63,488 nucleotides of DNA, filler included, from Reclinomonas americana ATCC 50394 (GCA_048213135.1; 10 parts of 6 records of this genome joined end to end with filler, not necessarily neighbours in it), one strand, 5' to 3'; numbered from the whole stretch's first letter, positions 14,901 through 27,971 are shown. Numbers and translations: made by a program. The notes: generated from the letters alone by a model not told the origin.

Positions 14901-17900
14901 ATGGAGACACGAAAGCAAGGAAATGCAGCGCACGTACCGACACCGAGTAACGCGCAAATGCATCGTAGTAGTCGGCCAGGAATGCCAGCGCCTGCACCAC
15001 AAACCCGAGCATGTACTCAATGACGACAGCATCGTCTTCTGGAGACAGCGTGCCGACGCGCTCCAGCACGCGGCGGACCTCGCTGCCGAGCCAGGTTACG
15101 AGCTCCTGCAGGGTCTTGTTGTCCGCGCGCAGGCTGTGCAGTGTGTACTGTCGAGTGAGGGAGATGTCCTCGCCGGTGAGTGAGCTGCCACGCAACTGGA
15201 CAGCCAGGCCACCGGAAGAACGCGGGGCGGCAGTGCTGCGATTGACCCTGTGTGTGCACATGCGTGTGAGAAGGAAAGAGAATGCGAGTGACCAAGAGGA
15301 GGTGCACGCAACATGTCTCGTCGAGTTCGCTCTCGCCAGAACGCACACAGGGTTCCAAACGGTGTGTCCACCAGCACCTCCTCCGCGGGCCATGAGTGGA
15401 TGCTCCCGCAGGTGGAGGCCTTTTGAGAGTGAAAGAAAAGAAGCATTGTCAATCAACCAGTAAGCGGTAGACGTGTCGGCAACAAGTGAGCACGCACGTG
15501 AGAGACGTCGTGCAGCTCTCGATGCTTGGCATACAAGCCTGCGATGAACTGCAGCAGAGCGGAGCGCAGCAGACAAGAGCGCGTGCCAAACACGTGCAAA
15601 TGCTCGTCGCGCATGACAGAGAAGAGCGCTTGCAGTGGATACGAGTGCTGGTGAACAAGGAAGTGAGCGTGAGACAAGACGCACTCTTCTTATGGTGGCA
15701 AAACAAGCACAAGCCGCACCCTCAGGAACGCCAAGAATCGCCGGTTCTGGCCGGCAGTCAACTCTGTCAGCAGGCGCATAAACTGGACGTGGTGCTCAAA
15801 CAGACGCGACGTCTCCGTCTTGTCGGGGTTGAGGAACGTGCGCAGCGGCTGTGTACGAGAAAAAAACTCAGTGGGTCGCCAGCATGCACAAACGGTGCTG
15901 GAGAAGAATAACAGCAGCGCAACAATCACGCCGCCGGCAGTGGCCACCGACGGGATACTGTGCTGGAACACGTAGACTCGGTGCAGATCGAGGTTGGCAG
16001 GCTGAAGCAACTCCAGACCAATCGTCAACTGATTCGAGAAGAAGGCCTGCGAGAGACAGCAATGAGGCAAGTGACGTTCTCTGAGTGGGTGGGAGGGTGA
16101 GTGGGTGGGTGGAGGTGAATACGAAACCTGTGTTCCATGCCGACACATGGCCTGGAGGGTGCGCAGAATGCCACGACTGACATCGGTTGCCGACCACGCC
16201 AGCTGTGCATCACAATCACCGTCGTCAGCCAATGGATGGCTCAAGCAACAAGCATGTCGTCACGCAACTCCCATGAGGAATTTCACCGAGGACTGCGTGA
16301 TGCCACGCGCCACTTGGCTGTCTGCCGTGAACATGGTCCGCAGCAGATGCACGCACTCCACGTGCGTGTCCGGGTCCTGAATGAACCGCCTCAAAAAGTC
16401 TGGCGCCACCATGAGTTCGCACGGCACGACACGACACACACAGCATACACTCGCGAAAGCATACCAAACAAGCGCAGGCACTGGAAGGCGACTACGTGGT
16501 AGCGGAAGGAGAGGTCGGCCAGCAGCAACAGTACTTGTCGGATAATCGGCTTGAAATCCAAGTGCAACTCGCTCTGTGCCACGATGGAGGTGAGACGCGG
16601 CGCGACACACCGCAGTGCACGAAACGACGGTCAACACGAAACTTGCAACAGGAAGAGCAAGTTGATCAGCAAGTCGGGTACGTTCAACTGTGAAAGCACT
16701 CGCTGACGCCACGCCACACGGAGAACCAGTTCGTCCTCGGTGCCTGCGGAGATTGACATGTTTTTGAATCAAGAGAACATACAACGAAAAGGAATGATGA
16801 TAAATGTTGACGTACGGGACTGCACGGGATTCACCAATTCCCACATGGCACTGGTGCTGCTCGCGTCGCCCGTGTGCACCGACAGCAATCGCCGCAGACC
16901 CTGACATATTCGCACGGTGAGCATTGAGGACTATAACAAGCACACCGCTGGCGCAGTACGCACCCGTACGTGGTCCTCGAGAATGGTCAGCTGTTCCCCC
17001 AGGGCCGCTGTCCGCAGCAAGTCGCGCCAGTTCATGACGTAAAAGGTAATGTGCCTTGCAGCGTACGCTGCCTGCCGAGCAAACTCAGTGTACTCGCCGT
17101 TGACGGCCGACACCTCCCTGCAATGACATGTCGGTGAGACGACAAGTGTCGGCGACGAATACGCGGATGGAGGCAATCGCACCAAATGTCGTCGACGGCT
17201 TGCGCACGCTTCCATTGCACCGTGTGCATGCGGAACATGCGTTCTGCGTGTGGGCGAACCGTGGAGCCACCGCACAGCCGGTCGACAGGGTTCACTGCAC
17301 ATGCCATTTGCGTGAGCACAACATTCTACTGCATAACAACTTGAACAGTCAATCGCTCACAGTTCTCGATGGGCGCCGTCAGTGCCGTTCTGGACAACGG
17401 TGGCGAGAACATAAAGCCGGTGTGCGGACGCCGCTCACCCTCGGGCAGGAACAGACTGAGATTGTCGGGATCCACAAAATTGACCGAGGTGGTCATGTTG
17501 GCTGTCGGCGCATCATCACACGGTGAGCTCCGCTCGGTTAGGCAAAGCAGGCATGCATGCAGACGTACCTCCTGGTCGCAGCTTAAAGTCCTGGTAATAC
17601 GACGGAGACGACGGCAGAACCACGACCTCGAATCGGTAGCCCTCGGACGACGCCGTCAGGGTGCTACCGCGCTTGCCTGCACCCCAGTCGAGTCAGCACC
17701 GACACAGACCGCCAATCCAACATTCAACAGACAAGAGCGAGCGCACCATCGCGACCGCGGAACTGGATCACGGAAAAGCCGTCGCGTCCCTGATTGATTT
17801 CAATGTACAGCCGCTTGTCCAGGGATCGAAGGCTGCGAGCACCATGAGTTACAACGAAAGGGAGCACCGTCTGTTGCACCAAACATACCGCACGCCATCG

Positions 17901-20900
17901 GCAGCCTCCGGTTTCAACAGCGCAAGCAACTGGCCAGCTGTGCGAACCTCGGGGAATCCAATGGGCAGGTACATGCCGGCCGTCTGCGTAAACACACACG
18001 CAGTCAGCGCCACATCACCTGCCAGTGACAGCCATCCACTCTGTCACGCACCGCTTGACTGGCGATCGAGACGTAGCTCGAGAGGGCGAGGGCGGCGGCC
18101 ATGCGATGCTTGCCGATGCGTCGACTGCCGGGACGTGGGCGAATGTTCTTCTGGTACGAGCTCGCCATCAACGGCGACTCGGTCACGTCTTCCGTGCGTG
18201 CATTGCCGCGTCCCTGCACCAAACTGATGTGCATGCGATTGCGCATGCGGATCGACGCCGACGGGTTGGCATTGATTGCCGCCAACTCGCCCATGCGCCG
18301 AATCTTGCCGCGGTCAACGTCGGAGATGGTGACGGAGCGCGAGGTGGTGCCCCACTCAAACACCTCCAGGCCCTTCAAGATGGCGGCAGCGGGATTACCG
18401 AAATTGACCTCGCGACCGCGTCGCAGTGTTGGCTTGTTGGCAGAGAGGCGCGCCATGCCGCTGCCGTCGGAGCGGTTTTGCTCGTCTGTGGAGCAACAAA
18501 AGAAAATCATCACGGTGTTTCTTTTTTTTGCATGCTGTGGAGACAGTGACGACGCAACATTCGACACGACGGAGCGCAGCAATGTCGTCTGGTCGCAGAA
18601 ACTCGAACAAGCATGCGCGCGAGTACGGCATGGGTGCCGAGGGACCGAGGGTGGTGCGCAGCGGACCGAGATTGCGTTGCTGGTGGCCGTCGCCGTCGCC
18701 CTGTCGAGCAGAAATGAATGGGGGAAAGCAGGAGAGTAGAGACAACAAGCGGTGACAAGTTGACGCACCCCATCGTCGCCGTTGCGTGGAGCCTCGTCGT
18801 CGTCATCGTCGTCATCGTCAATGTTTTCGTGCTCACGCTGCACACGCAGGTACATCTTGGAGGTGAGGCAATAGATGGCCACCACCAGGCCGCGTCGCAC
18901 GGAGGAAGGGTCTGTGTTGATGGAGAGTGAGAGACAATAATCACACCTCACCTCACCGCACTTCATTCTCACTCACCAGAGGCCGACAACGCCGCGGCGG
19001 AGGCCATGTCGAGACGCACGTCGGGATGCAAGGCATACCTGATGCCACGCAGTAAGTATGCGTGTGTGAGTGGTTCCCCTTCCCCCATGCCCCATATCAC
19101 ACACGTACCCCGTCTCCACATGCTCCAAGTACATGATGCTCGACGAGCGAATGGGTGTCGACGCGTCCACCGACGGGTCGGCACTCTGGAAACGAAACAT
19201 GCACGCTCGAGCGGCACCAGGAGCCGTAAGCGGCACAAGACAGACGTGAGCAGCACTGCAACCGTTGGGGGGTGTGTGAGCGACAATGGGAGGAGCGAGG
19301 ACAAGAACTAGCGAGAAGACACAACTTGCTTAGCTCCTCCTCCTGCACCTCCTCCACCTCCTCGTCGGCCTCGGCGCTGGTGCCCTCCAGCTCGCGATCA
19401 CGTGCCACCGCCATGGACCGCAGGATCAGACTCATGGCTTTCTCGCGAGAGAACAGCATCGAGGAGAACACGTAGTGCTTGCCGCCTGTGGGAGCTCCCA
19501 GTGAGCGGGTGACTGAGCAGCAAGCAAGCAACGACGACAACGACGACGCAACTCTTCATCGTAATGTCGAGCGCGTCGGGAATCACACCGAGCGTGCTCC
19601 GGCGTTTGACCTCCTCGATCTCGCGCAGCTCCAGCACAAAGTGGTCGTTGCTGAACGACAGCACCCCACCACTCGTAAATACCAGCGTCCAATCAACTGG
19701 AGAGTGAAAGACACACTCACCGAAACAAACGCGAATCGAAACACAGATAGTTGGCCGACACGAACAAAACGCCTGTGCGCTGAATGCCCTTGACGTAGGA
19801 GCAGGAGAACGAGTCGTAGAGTTTCTCCTCGGGACCAAAGCCGAAGAGACGACGGAAGCGCTTCTCGGGGCCCTCGAACACCAGATTGAGCACTTGCTGA
19901 CCGCGAGCGGCGAGTCGCTGACCGACGCGCTTCAGGTTCATGCCCAGGTACCAGTGCGAGCTGCCGGTGCCGGTGGTGTCGCCGTCTCCTTGGTCTATGG
20001 AGGGGGGTGAGAGGGGGAAGGCGGAAGGGAAAGGGGAAGGGAAAGGGGAAGGGAAAGAGGAAGGGAAAGGGAAAGGGGTGAGGGGGAGGGAAAGGGTGAG
20101 GGGAAGGGAAGGGGTGAGGGGATGGAAAGGGGGAAGACAAGAAGGACGCAAGTGGGGGAGACGCAAGTGGGGAGACGCAAGTGGGGAGCCGCAAGTGGGG
20201 GATACAAAGTGGGGAAGGGAATGGGGGAGGGGAATGGGGGAAGGGAAGGGGGAAGGGAAAAGGGGATGGAAGACAAGGGGAGACGCAAGTTACGCAAGTG
20301 GGGAGACAAAGTGGGGAAGGGAAAGGAGGAAGGGAATGGGGGAAGGGAATGGGGGAAGGGAATGGGGGAAGGGAATGGGGGGAAGGGAATGGGGGGAAGG
20401 GGAATGGGAGGGAAGGAAATGGGGGAAGGGAATGGGGGAGGAGGGATTGGGGGGAGGGAATGGGGAAAGGGATGGGGGCGCAAGAGGGGAGACGAAGTGG
20501 GGGAAGACGCAAGGAAGGAGACATGAAACAGCAGTCGCAATCACCACGTGAGACTCGCAACACAGACCTCCATCGGCGTTCAGCGGTGCAATCTTGTCGA
20601 CTTGATCCGGACGCATAGCGAGGTACAGCCCGCTGGCAAAGTGTCGCAAGCGAACTCGGGTTTCCCAAGTCAGTGAGCCACCTGCAGCGATTGACGATCA
20701 GCACAGAGTGCACTCGGGCAGACATTCACGCGCGCGCGCGCTGCGAACCGTCTCCGCGTACAGTTTCAACCTCCCACAGATCGGGCAGGCGCCCCAGAAA
20801 CTGCGCTTGAGCTGCTCACGGAGAGATTGTTGTCAGACGGGGGTACGAGTCATCAAAGGCAGTCACTCTCCGCACAAACCTGTCGCCGCTGCTGCCTCAT

Positions 20901-23164
20901 CGGCACTGCTGTGCCCCTGCACAAAGTCACGTCGCAGCTCCTCAATCGACGGCCGCGGTTCGACAAGCACTGGATGTGGGTGATCGCCGTCGCCCAGCAC
21001 CTGGTCGCTGAGACCGGAAAAGTAGACCGAACCACCGCTCTACACGACAGTGGATCTGTCAGAAACACCAAAAGTACTCTTTTGGCGCACCTCGCGAGTG
21101 ACGCAACATCCACAAAGGGTGGCAAGAGGGGCGGGAATACCACCTCCGAGGTGGCCGGATCCGACGGCGGCAGTGACAGGAGGAAGGAGTTGACCACGTC
21201 CGCGTCGCGCCGCTGTTACATGACACGAAGATGAGATGACATGAACAAGGGAGAACAGAGAGCTCGGTTGTAAAACCTCGGCGGTGCGATTGTCGTCCTC
21301 AAACGCCGAGCGCTGCGCACCAAAGGCCGCACTGCGCAGCACAATCATGTCGCCGGCGCGCAGAATGCGGTCTTCGTCTTCACCGCCGGCGCCAGTGTCG
21401 GAGAGGCGCGAGTCGCGGATGGCACTGCGTGGAGAGGCGGGGAATGAGTGGCGGGAGAAGACGGGGAGGAAAAGCCGATACGCAACGTCGTGGAGACGAG
21501 GCGCCATCGGCACTCGTCTTTTAGGCCAGCGACGACGGTTTTTCCGTCGAGAGTCGGCAGGCCCAGGTCGACACCATCGGGTCCTTGGCGCGGACGATGC
21601 GCGTTCAGGTACAGTCGAGTGTTGGTGTTGAGGAGGAGCACCGTGTCGCCCTGCAGCACGCGGTTGCCTGGGGAAGGGGGGAGAAGGATGAGAAGGGAGA
21701 TGAGGAGAAGGCTAAACGGGTGGCGACAAAAGGGGGATAATCAACGAGAGTGAGGAATGCAGAGCCAGCAATGGCAAAGGGGGAGGAGTAGGGGTGGAGA
21801 AGAAGAGAGGACAAGATGGAGAGAGCAAGGCGCAGAAGGAGCCCCTTGCGCGAAAAAAGACATGGGAAAAGGCGCAGTAGTGAGGGCTCGGCAACCGAGT
21901 GACTGACGATAGGCAAAGGAGCGGGAGGCCAAAGAGCCATGCGTAGTAATCGTGAGTGGAGACAGAAAGTATCAAAGCGAGAAAAGGGTACAATGCCCTA
22001 GGCTTGGAGTGAGCGAAGAAGATAGGGACAACCGAGTGACTGACGATAGGTAATGGAGCGGGAGGCCATGCACAGTAATCGTGAGTGGAGACTGGCAGCA
22101 TCAAAGCGAGAGAAGGGTAAAATGCCCTAGGCTTGGAGTGAGCGAAGGACAACATGGACAGTGTTGAGCCGAGAAAAACAATGAATTTAGAAGTGAGCGA
22201 CGAATAACGCGAAGAGCATCGGGAAGACGCAAAGCAGCGCGTGGACTCGGAGTGAGAAGGAAGATGTGGACAATGTTGAGTAGAGACACAGAGAAACGAG
22301 GAGACCAAAGAAGCGAGTATCAGAGACAAACGAGAACGCGGATGGAGGACGCGACGGAGAGCAACACTCTTTGACAGTCACGTCCTTCTCCCTCCCGCAC
22401 GAACCAATCTTGCGCGTCTTCGAGGACGGCTGGACGTGAAATGTGCCGGCCTCCTCCACCTGCGGGGTCAGAAACACCGACATGCCCTCGTCGCCTGCGA
22501 GCCGCACGTGAGCCACACACATAACACAAAGAGAGACTTCGCAAGAGGGAAGCAGCGCACCAGATGGCACTCGGCGCACACAAATGTACTGGCCATCGGC
22601 GTTGCGCAATCGCAGCGACTGTGTGTGTGCAGCGATCGATGAGAGAGACCCAGACACGCTCGTCTGCACGCGCGTGGCCACAGACCTGCCCGTACAGGAT
22701 CCAGTCGCGATCGTACACCGATGCCGACTCGCCATCGGCACCTCCTGCGCCACTGCCACTGCCCTCTTTCACAATCTCCATGTGCCAGACGTGCGCCGTG
22801 TACAGCGAGTCGACATTGCGACTGCTCTCAAAGCCTGGGGAGTGGACGAGGAGATCAGAGAGGCTAGAGTGAGAGTGAGAGGAGGCGAGGGATCACTCAC
22901 GTGGGAGGGCCAACTCCGGGAACTGCACCATGCATCGACCACCAAAGGCATGCATGGCTGCTTGCCAAGAGAGTGACACACTGTGTGGTGCCACCTGCGC
23001 AGACACAGATGGGGGAGAGAGAGAGAGAGAGAGTGAGTGAGAAGGAGGGGTGGGAGGAGGGAGGGAGGAGGGGGAGAGACTGCAGTCAATCGCGACTCCA
23101 ATGACAGAGTATGAAGGGTGGGAGGTGGGGGAGAGGGGGAGAGAGAAGGGAGAGTGAGCATGAG

Positions 23165-23223
<59 letters not shown>

Positions 23224-23915
23224 NNNNNNNNNNNNNNNNNNNNNNNNNNNNNNNNNNNNNNNNNNNNNNNNNNNNNNNNNNNNNNNNNNNNNNNNNNNNN
23301 NNNNNNNNNNNNNNNNNNNNNNNNNNNNNNNNNNAGAGTGAGAAAGCGAGAGAGTGAGAGTGAGAGAGTGAGTTGGTGACAGTGCAGTCAATCGCGACTC
23401 CAATGACAGTGATTGATCAATGCATGCAACAGAGTGCGAGAGAGTGTGTGAGAGAGCGCGCGAGAGAGCACAAGAGAGTGCGAGAGAGCAAACAGAGAGT
23501 GCAACAAACACACACTTCCACTCTCTCACACACACACCAATGCATCCTGCACTGCTGCAGCTCCTCCTCCTCCTCCTCCTGCCACTGATGCAGCAGTGGT
23601 AGTAGTAGGCGCGACAGGCGACGGAGGCGGATACACTGTCGTCTCCAACACGACAAACACCGCATCGCCTCCGCGCAGACCCGGAACCGCAGTGCCTCCT
23701 CCTCCTCCACCTGCACTGGAAGTGGCGAGAGAGGAGCGTGCGAGGAGGTCGCTTACTCCTCCGCGCATGTAACTCGCTGTCACTGTTGCTGTTGGTGTGG
23801 TGTTTGTTGTGGTCATGGGTGCTTGTTGTTGTTGTTGCTGAGGTGCGCGAGAGAGCGGGCTGGCAAAGGAGGAGATGGCCGCGGATCCGCCGGCCGCGCG
23901 GCTGCCTGCTGACAT
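5992..23915 (-). CDS. Inositol-trisphosphate/ryanodine receptor family Ca2+-release channel, dozens of exons; start codon uncertain (23915 or 23768)
   Basis: N-terminal beta-trefoil motifs LRGGDAVFV, GGRCMVQ, ILYGQSLRL, FHVQPSSKTRKIG, ILRAGDMIVL, LWEVE, GGSLTWETRVRLRHFASGLYL. RIH-associated-like IRGPYTRN and GRVEVLRGEDIEVVFF. TM5/TM6 LLNIFLGIIIDSFGALR, Zn-finger CFICDL..F..H...EHSPWDY, LSGTE and a C-terminal coiled coil. Confidence 0.92.
19400..19875 (-). other. GRAM (PH-like) domain encoded by three exons inside the IP3R-like gene
   Basis: FRRLFGFGPEEKLYDSFSCSYVKGIQRTGVLFVSANYLCFDSRLFRNDHFVLELREIEEVKRRSTLGVIPDALDITMKSGKHYVFSSMLFSREKAMSLI follows the GRAM consensus (F..LF...E.L...FSC..G.L.VS.NY.CF..I..V.K..P.A..I...Y.F.S..R). 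Confidence 0.88.
19997..20520. repeat. Intronic polypurine tract with GGGAATGGGGGAA-like and GACGCAAGTGGGG-like degenerate repeats
   Basis: Seen directly. It fills most of the 573-nt intron 19995-20567. Confidence 0.85.
21892..22147. repeat. Diverged two-copy tandem repeat (~137-nt period) in an intron
   Basis: CAACCGAGTGACTGACGATAGG...ATGCCCTAGGCTTGGAGTGAGCGAAG occurs at 21892-22018 and 22029-22147. Confidence 0.85.
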
Positions 23916-24690
23916 GCTCTCCTGTTCCTGTTTGCTGCCTGCCTGTCTTCTCTCTGTGTGTGTGCTGCAATACCGAGTACTCGAGTGTGTCCTGTGTGTT
24001 CGTATTCCGTCCATGAAACTTTGACCCTTGGCAAGGAACTCTGGATGCCGGGTCAACATTGTCGATTGAAGTCTGCAGTTACTGTCACTGTTGTTGTTGT
24101 TGTTGTTGGTGCTTTTGTGGTCATGGGTGCTTGTTGTTGTTGTTGTTGGGGTGCGCGAGAGAGCGGGCTGGCAAAGGAGGAGATGGCCGCGGATCCGCCG
24201 GCCGCGCGGCTGCCTGCTGACATGCTCTCCTTGCCTGTCTTCTTCGCTCCTCTCTCTGCGTGTGCTGGGCAATACCGAATGTCCTGTGTGTTCGTATTCT
24301 TGTACGCTTCCGTCCGTGAAACTTTGACCCTTGGCAAGGCACTCTGGATGCCGGGTCATGATTTTCGGTTAAAGTCTGCAGTTACTGTCACTGTTGTTGG
24401 TGTTGTTGTGGTGTTTGTTGGCATGGGTGCTTGTTGTTGTTGATGCTGGGGTGCGCGAGAGAGCGGGCTGGCAAAGGAGGAGATGGCTGCGGATCCGCCG
24501 GCCGCGCGGCTGCCTGCTGACATGCTCTCCTGTTTTGCTGCCTGTCTTCTTCGCTCCTCTCTCTCTCTCTGTGTGTGCTGGGCAATACCGAGTACTCAAG
24601 TGTGTCCTGTGTGTTCGTATTCCGATCATGAAACTTTGACCCTTGGCAACACCCAGGATGGCAGGTCAGGTTTGTTAGTTAAAGCCTGCA
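23777..24690. repeat. Three-copy tandem repeat, ~303-305-nt unit, overlapping the putative start of the IP3R-like gene
   Basis: Units begin CTGTCACTGTTG at about 23777, 24082 and 24385. Each contains GCGGATCCGCCGGCCGCGCGGCTGCCTGCTGACATGCTCTCC and GAAACTTTGACCCTTGGCAA. Confidence 0.93.
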
Positions 24691-25020
24691 GCAACATCGC
24701 CGTGCAACGATGACCAAAGACAGCTGATGCTTGTTTGTTGGTGAATGAATTGTTGTTGTTGTTGCATATGAAGTGAGGATGAAAAACTGAGGTGTCAAAA
24801 CAACGAACGGTGACGTTTCTGTGCAGTGCGAGAGACCACGGCTCGCGTGACTAGTCGACTGGTTTGGATATGAGGCGACCTGCAGAGAGCCAGGCAGAAT
24901 GGAGGTTGCGAGGTGCAGTGATCCCGGCTTCGATTCGAACACAACGCGATTTTGCTTCATTTGACGCGCATTGCGCGTTTCTCACTGTTGCCGCAGCACA
25001 AGAACACCGCTGCGAGCGAG

Positions 25021-26570
25021 TTACATGGACGGACGAACACGGACAGCGTAGAGTCGCCACTGATTGTTGGTGGTCGCGCAGTTGTCGAGCAGCATGCCCA
25101 CCACGTTGTCTGTGGAACCCGCCACACTGTAGTTGACTGCGGGCTCGTCACCGTCCTCCACTCCATGTCGGTAGATCATCCATTCATCGTCCGACCTGTA
25201 CGGAGCCAGCAAATGGTGGAGCGAATTCTTATCCACCTTCACCAATGCAGTCAGAGGCGCCGATGGCACTGTTCCCGATGCGTCAGTCATGATCAGAAGT
25301 CAAGCAAGAAGGCAGATAGCAACAAAACTGAAGTGAGCAAACCTTCTGCAAATGACATCGGGAGTTCGGCGAGCGAACTACACTCGAAAACGTAGAAGGC
25401 CACGACCGGAAGGGCGCGCTGTTGGCCTACATCCGCGATCGGCAGCAAGTCGGCAAGTTTCCTCGTTTCAAGGTGCGGCGCAGCAATAACCAGACTGACC
25501 GCGACCGAGAGATTCTCGATCGCGGTGTTCAACGCATCTGCGTATGCAGCTGCATCGCCACCGAGAAAGATGGAGCAGGCGTACGGTGCATGCTGGTAGA
25601 AGCTGCAGCTGGCATTCGGCACCACAGCCATCGGTTGCGGCAAGACGGCCCAGATGTTCCCGGTGATTGTTGCGTAAGTGGTCAACAGTGAGGCAATCAC
25701 CTTGGCGCTCCGAACCATACGATGTCGGACGCCGTGCGATGCATAGTCATCAGGCAGTTGTCCGTCGACAGGGAGAGCAAACTTCGCCGAGTCCACAAGT
25801 GTGACGTAGATAGCAGAGCGAGACCCCGATTGCGTCGACTGGCGATTCACGTGGGCGCCGGCACCGGCATCACTGCCACGTTGCTGCTGTTGCACTGTTG
25901 GTTGCATCGGCTGCACAGGTTGAATGGCAAGGTGCGGTGGTGCGGGCACGGGCGCTGCTGGCGCAGCCGGCGGAGGCGGCGGTGGCGGCGGTGGCGGCGA
26001 CGGGGCACGGAAGCGAGCAGACCCGGATTGATGGTAAGAAGAAAGCTCAGCTTCAGGTGGCGACGATCGACCACGACCAGACGCCACGGCCGGCGCCAAC
26101 GACCGTGCCGGGGCCGAACCTCCAGGATTCGCTGGAGCACTCGCGGGGCGGCCATGGTAATGTTGGGCCACTTGGCCACCGGCCGTGTGGTGCGCCGCCG
26201 AAGTCGACGTGACATCCGACGGCCTCGAACGCGGCGGTGAGAAGTTGATTCCAGGCTCCTCCGGACCCGGGAACTCGGAGGAGTCTGGCGCCATAGGCGA
26301 GCTCGGTTTCGTTGCAGATGATGCTCCGCTGAGCGGTCGTCGTTGTTGCGGTGTCGTATGCATCGGTTCCGAGCCGGACCCGGAGCGACGATCACCTGCT
26401 TTCGCTAATTTCAAAGGTCGCTGATCTGGGACTGGAGCCATCACGTCGCCCCCCTCTCGCGGTCGCTTGTTACTGACCACGGACCGTGTGTTTGGTGTTG
26501 TTGTCTTGGTCTCCGTAGTAGTGGCTCGTCTGTCCTCGCCACTGCACATGTAGTCATCGTCGTCGTCGTC

Positions 26571-26602
<32 letters not shown>

Positions 26603-27741
26603 AATCGTCCTCGCAGTCGTCATCGTCGTCGCTTTCGTCGGCATCCTCGCTGTCGTCATCGTCGTCAAAAACGAGAGAAGCGACAGCATGTTCGGGAGCT
26701 GCAGAATTCGATCGCGACGGCCTCGAGCGCCTCACAGCGCTACCATTACCTTGGACAGCTGAATTGGTAGATGCACGTCGCGGAGGGCGAGCTGTTGTCG
26801 ATACTGCGCTGGCACTGCCGCTCGATCGACGTTGGGTACGGTCGACATTGCCTGGCGTCTCCACCGGAGCCACGAACTCGAATGAGTGCATGTGCAGCCC
26901 GTTGGCAGCTACCACTGGCTCCGTTCCGCCAACGATCTGTTGCAGGCCGCATTGTTCAAACGACTTGAAAGCGATTTCCACGAACTCTTGCCAGCGATCA
27001 CAGAAGTCTTGACGACCGTTGAGCTGCTGCGTGGCAACAGAGTTCCGCCGACTCGGGTCATCCAGCACTGGGTTTGGAAGCACCATTGCCTCGCCGTTGC
27101 ACAAGTCACAAAACCGGATCGCAAACTTCGCAGCTTTCGCGGTCGAGAGGCATGCGCAAAGTTTTGTGAATCTGGAATCGTCGTGTATGTCATCCGTGGC
27201 CGGCGTCGACGGCTCGCGATCACTCGGTTTGCTCGAGGCAACGATGAGACATGAGCAGGCCTGCGCGGCACGCTGACAGTCGCTGCGCGCAACAAATTGA
27301 CCGGCACACGACTGTTTGTCATAGCCGGCCCAAACAATCAGTGCGCAAGTTGACGAGATGCGCAAGACTGCCACGTTCTGCATCCTTGCATAGGTGAGAA
27401 TATAGACACAGAAGAGAGAGAGCGGGCGTAGAACAATGAATGCACGAGCTCACCTTGGTGAATGGGCGACATTTCGCGTCGACGTCGACCCCCAAGCCCA
27501 GCGTGGTTGGTGGCAAATTGAACTTGACAAGGATGCCGTACAGGCGCACTCGAGCTTTCAATGTGCTCGATGTCCTCTGGGGGACGGTGAAGATGCTGTA
27601 CTCGGTGCGGCACCCTTGGACCCTGTCTTTGAAGAACTCCGAGTGACGTGGCTCTTCAAGCTGCAGAACAGATTTGTTCTTGCCGACACGCGCGACAACG
27701 TAGACAGATGCTGTCAGGTTCTCGACCGGTGCCCCCGACAT
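25021..27741 (-). CDS. Hypothetical protein (~870 aa, probably 3 exons) with acidic and Pro/Gln-rich central region
   Basis: The 696-codon ORF 25293-27383 joins in frame through GT-AG introns to upstream MSGAPVENL..PFTK and downstream VPSAPLTAL..RPSM*. No family recognised. Confidence 0.6.
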
Positions 27742-27880
27742 AGCCGCGAGAGAGAGATCAATGATCTGACACTGCACCGCGGTGACTGTGGGCAGAGAGA
27801 GAAAATCATGAGTGACGACGTATCGCGATTGTCGAAATGCATGCGACATGAAGTGACATGCAACTGGAATGCAAGCACAC

Positions 27881-27885
27881 GAGAC

Positions 27886-27971
<86 letters not shown>

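Noticed and set aside
23777..24690. CRISPR array or LTR pair
   Set aside because: Units are ~304 nt, similar along their whole length, with no unique spacers, no internal retroelement ORF and a eukaryotic context.
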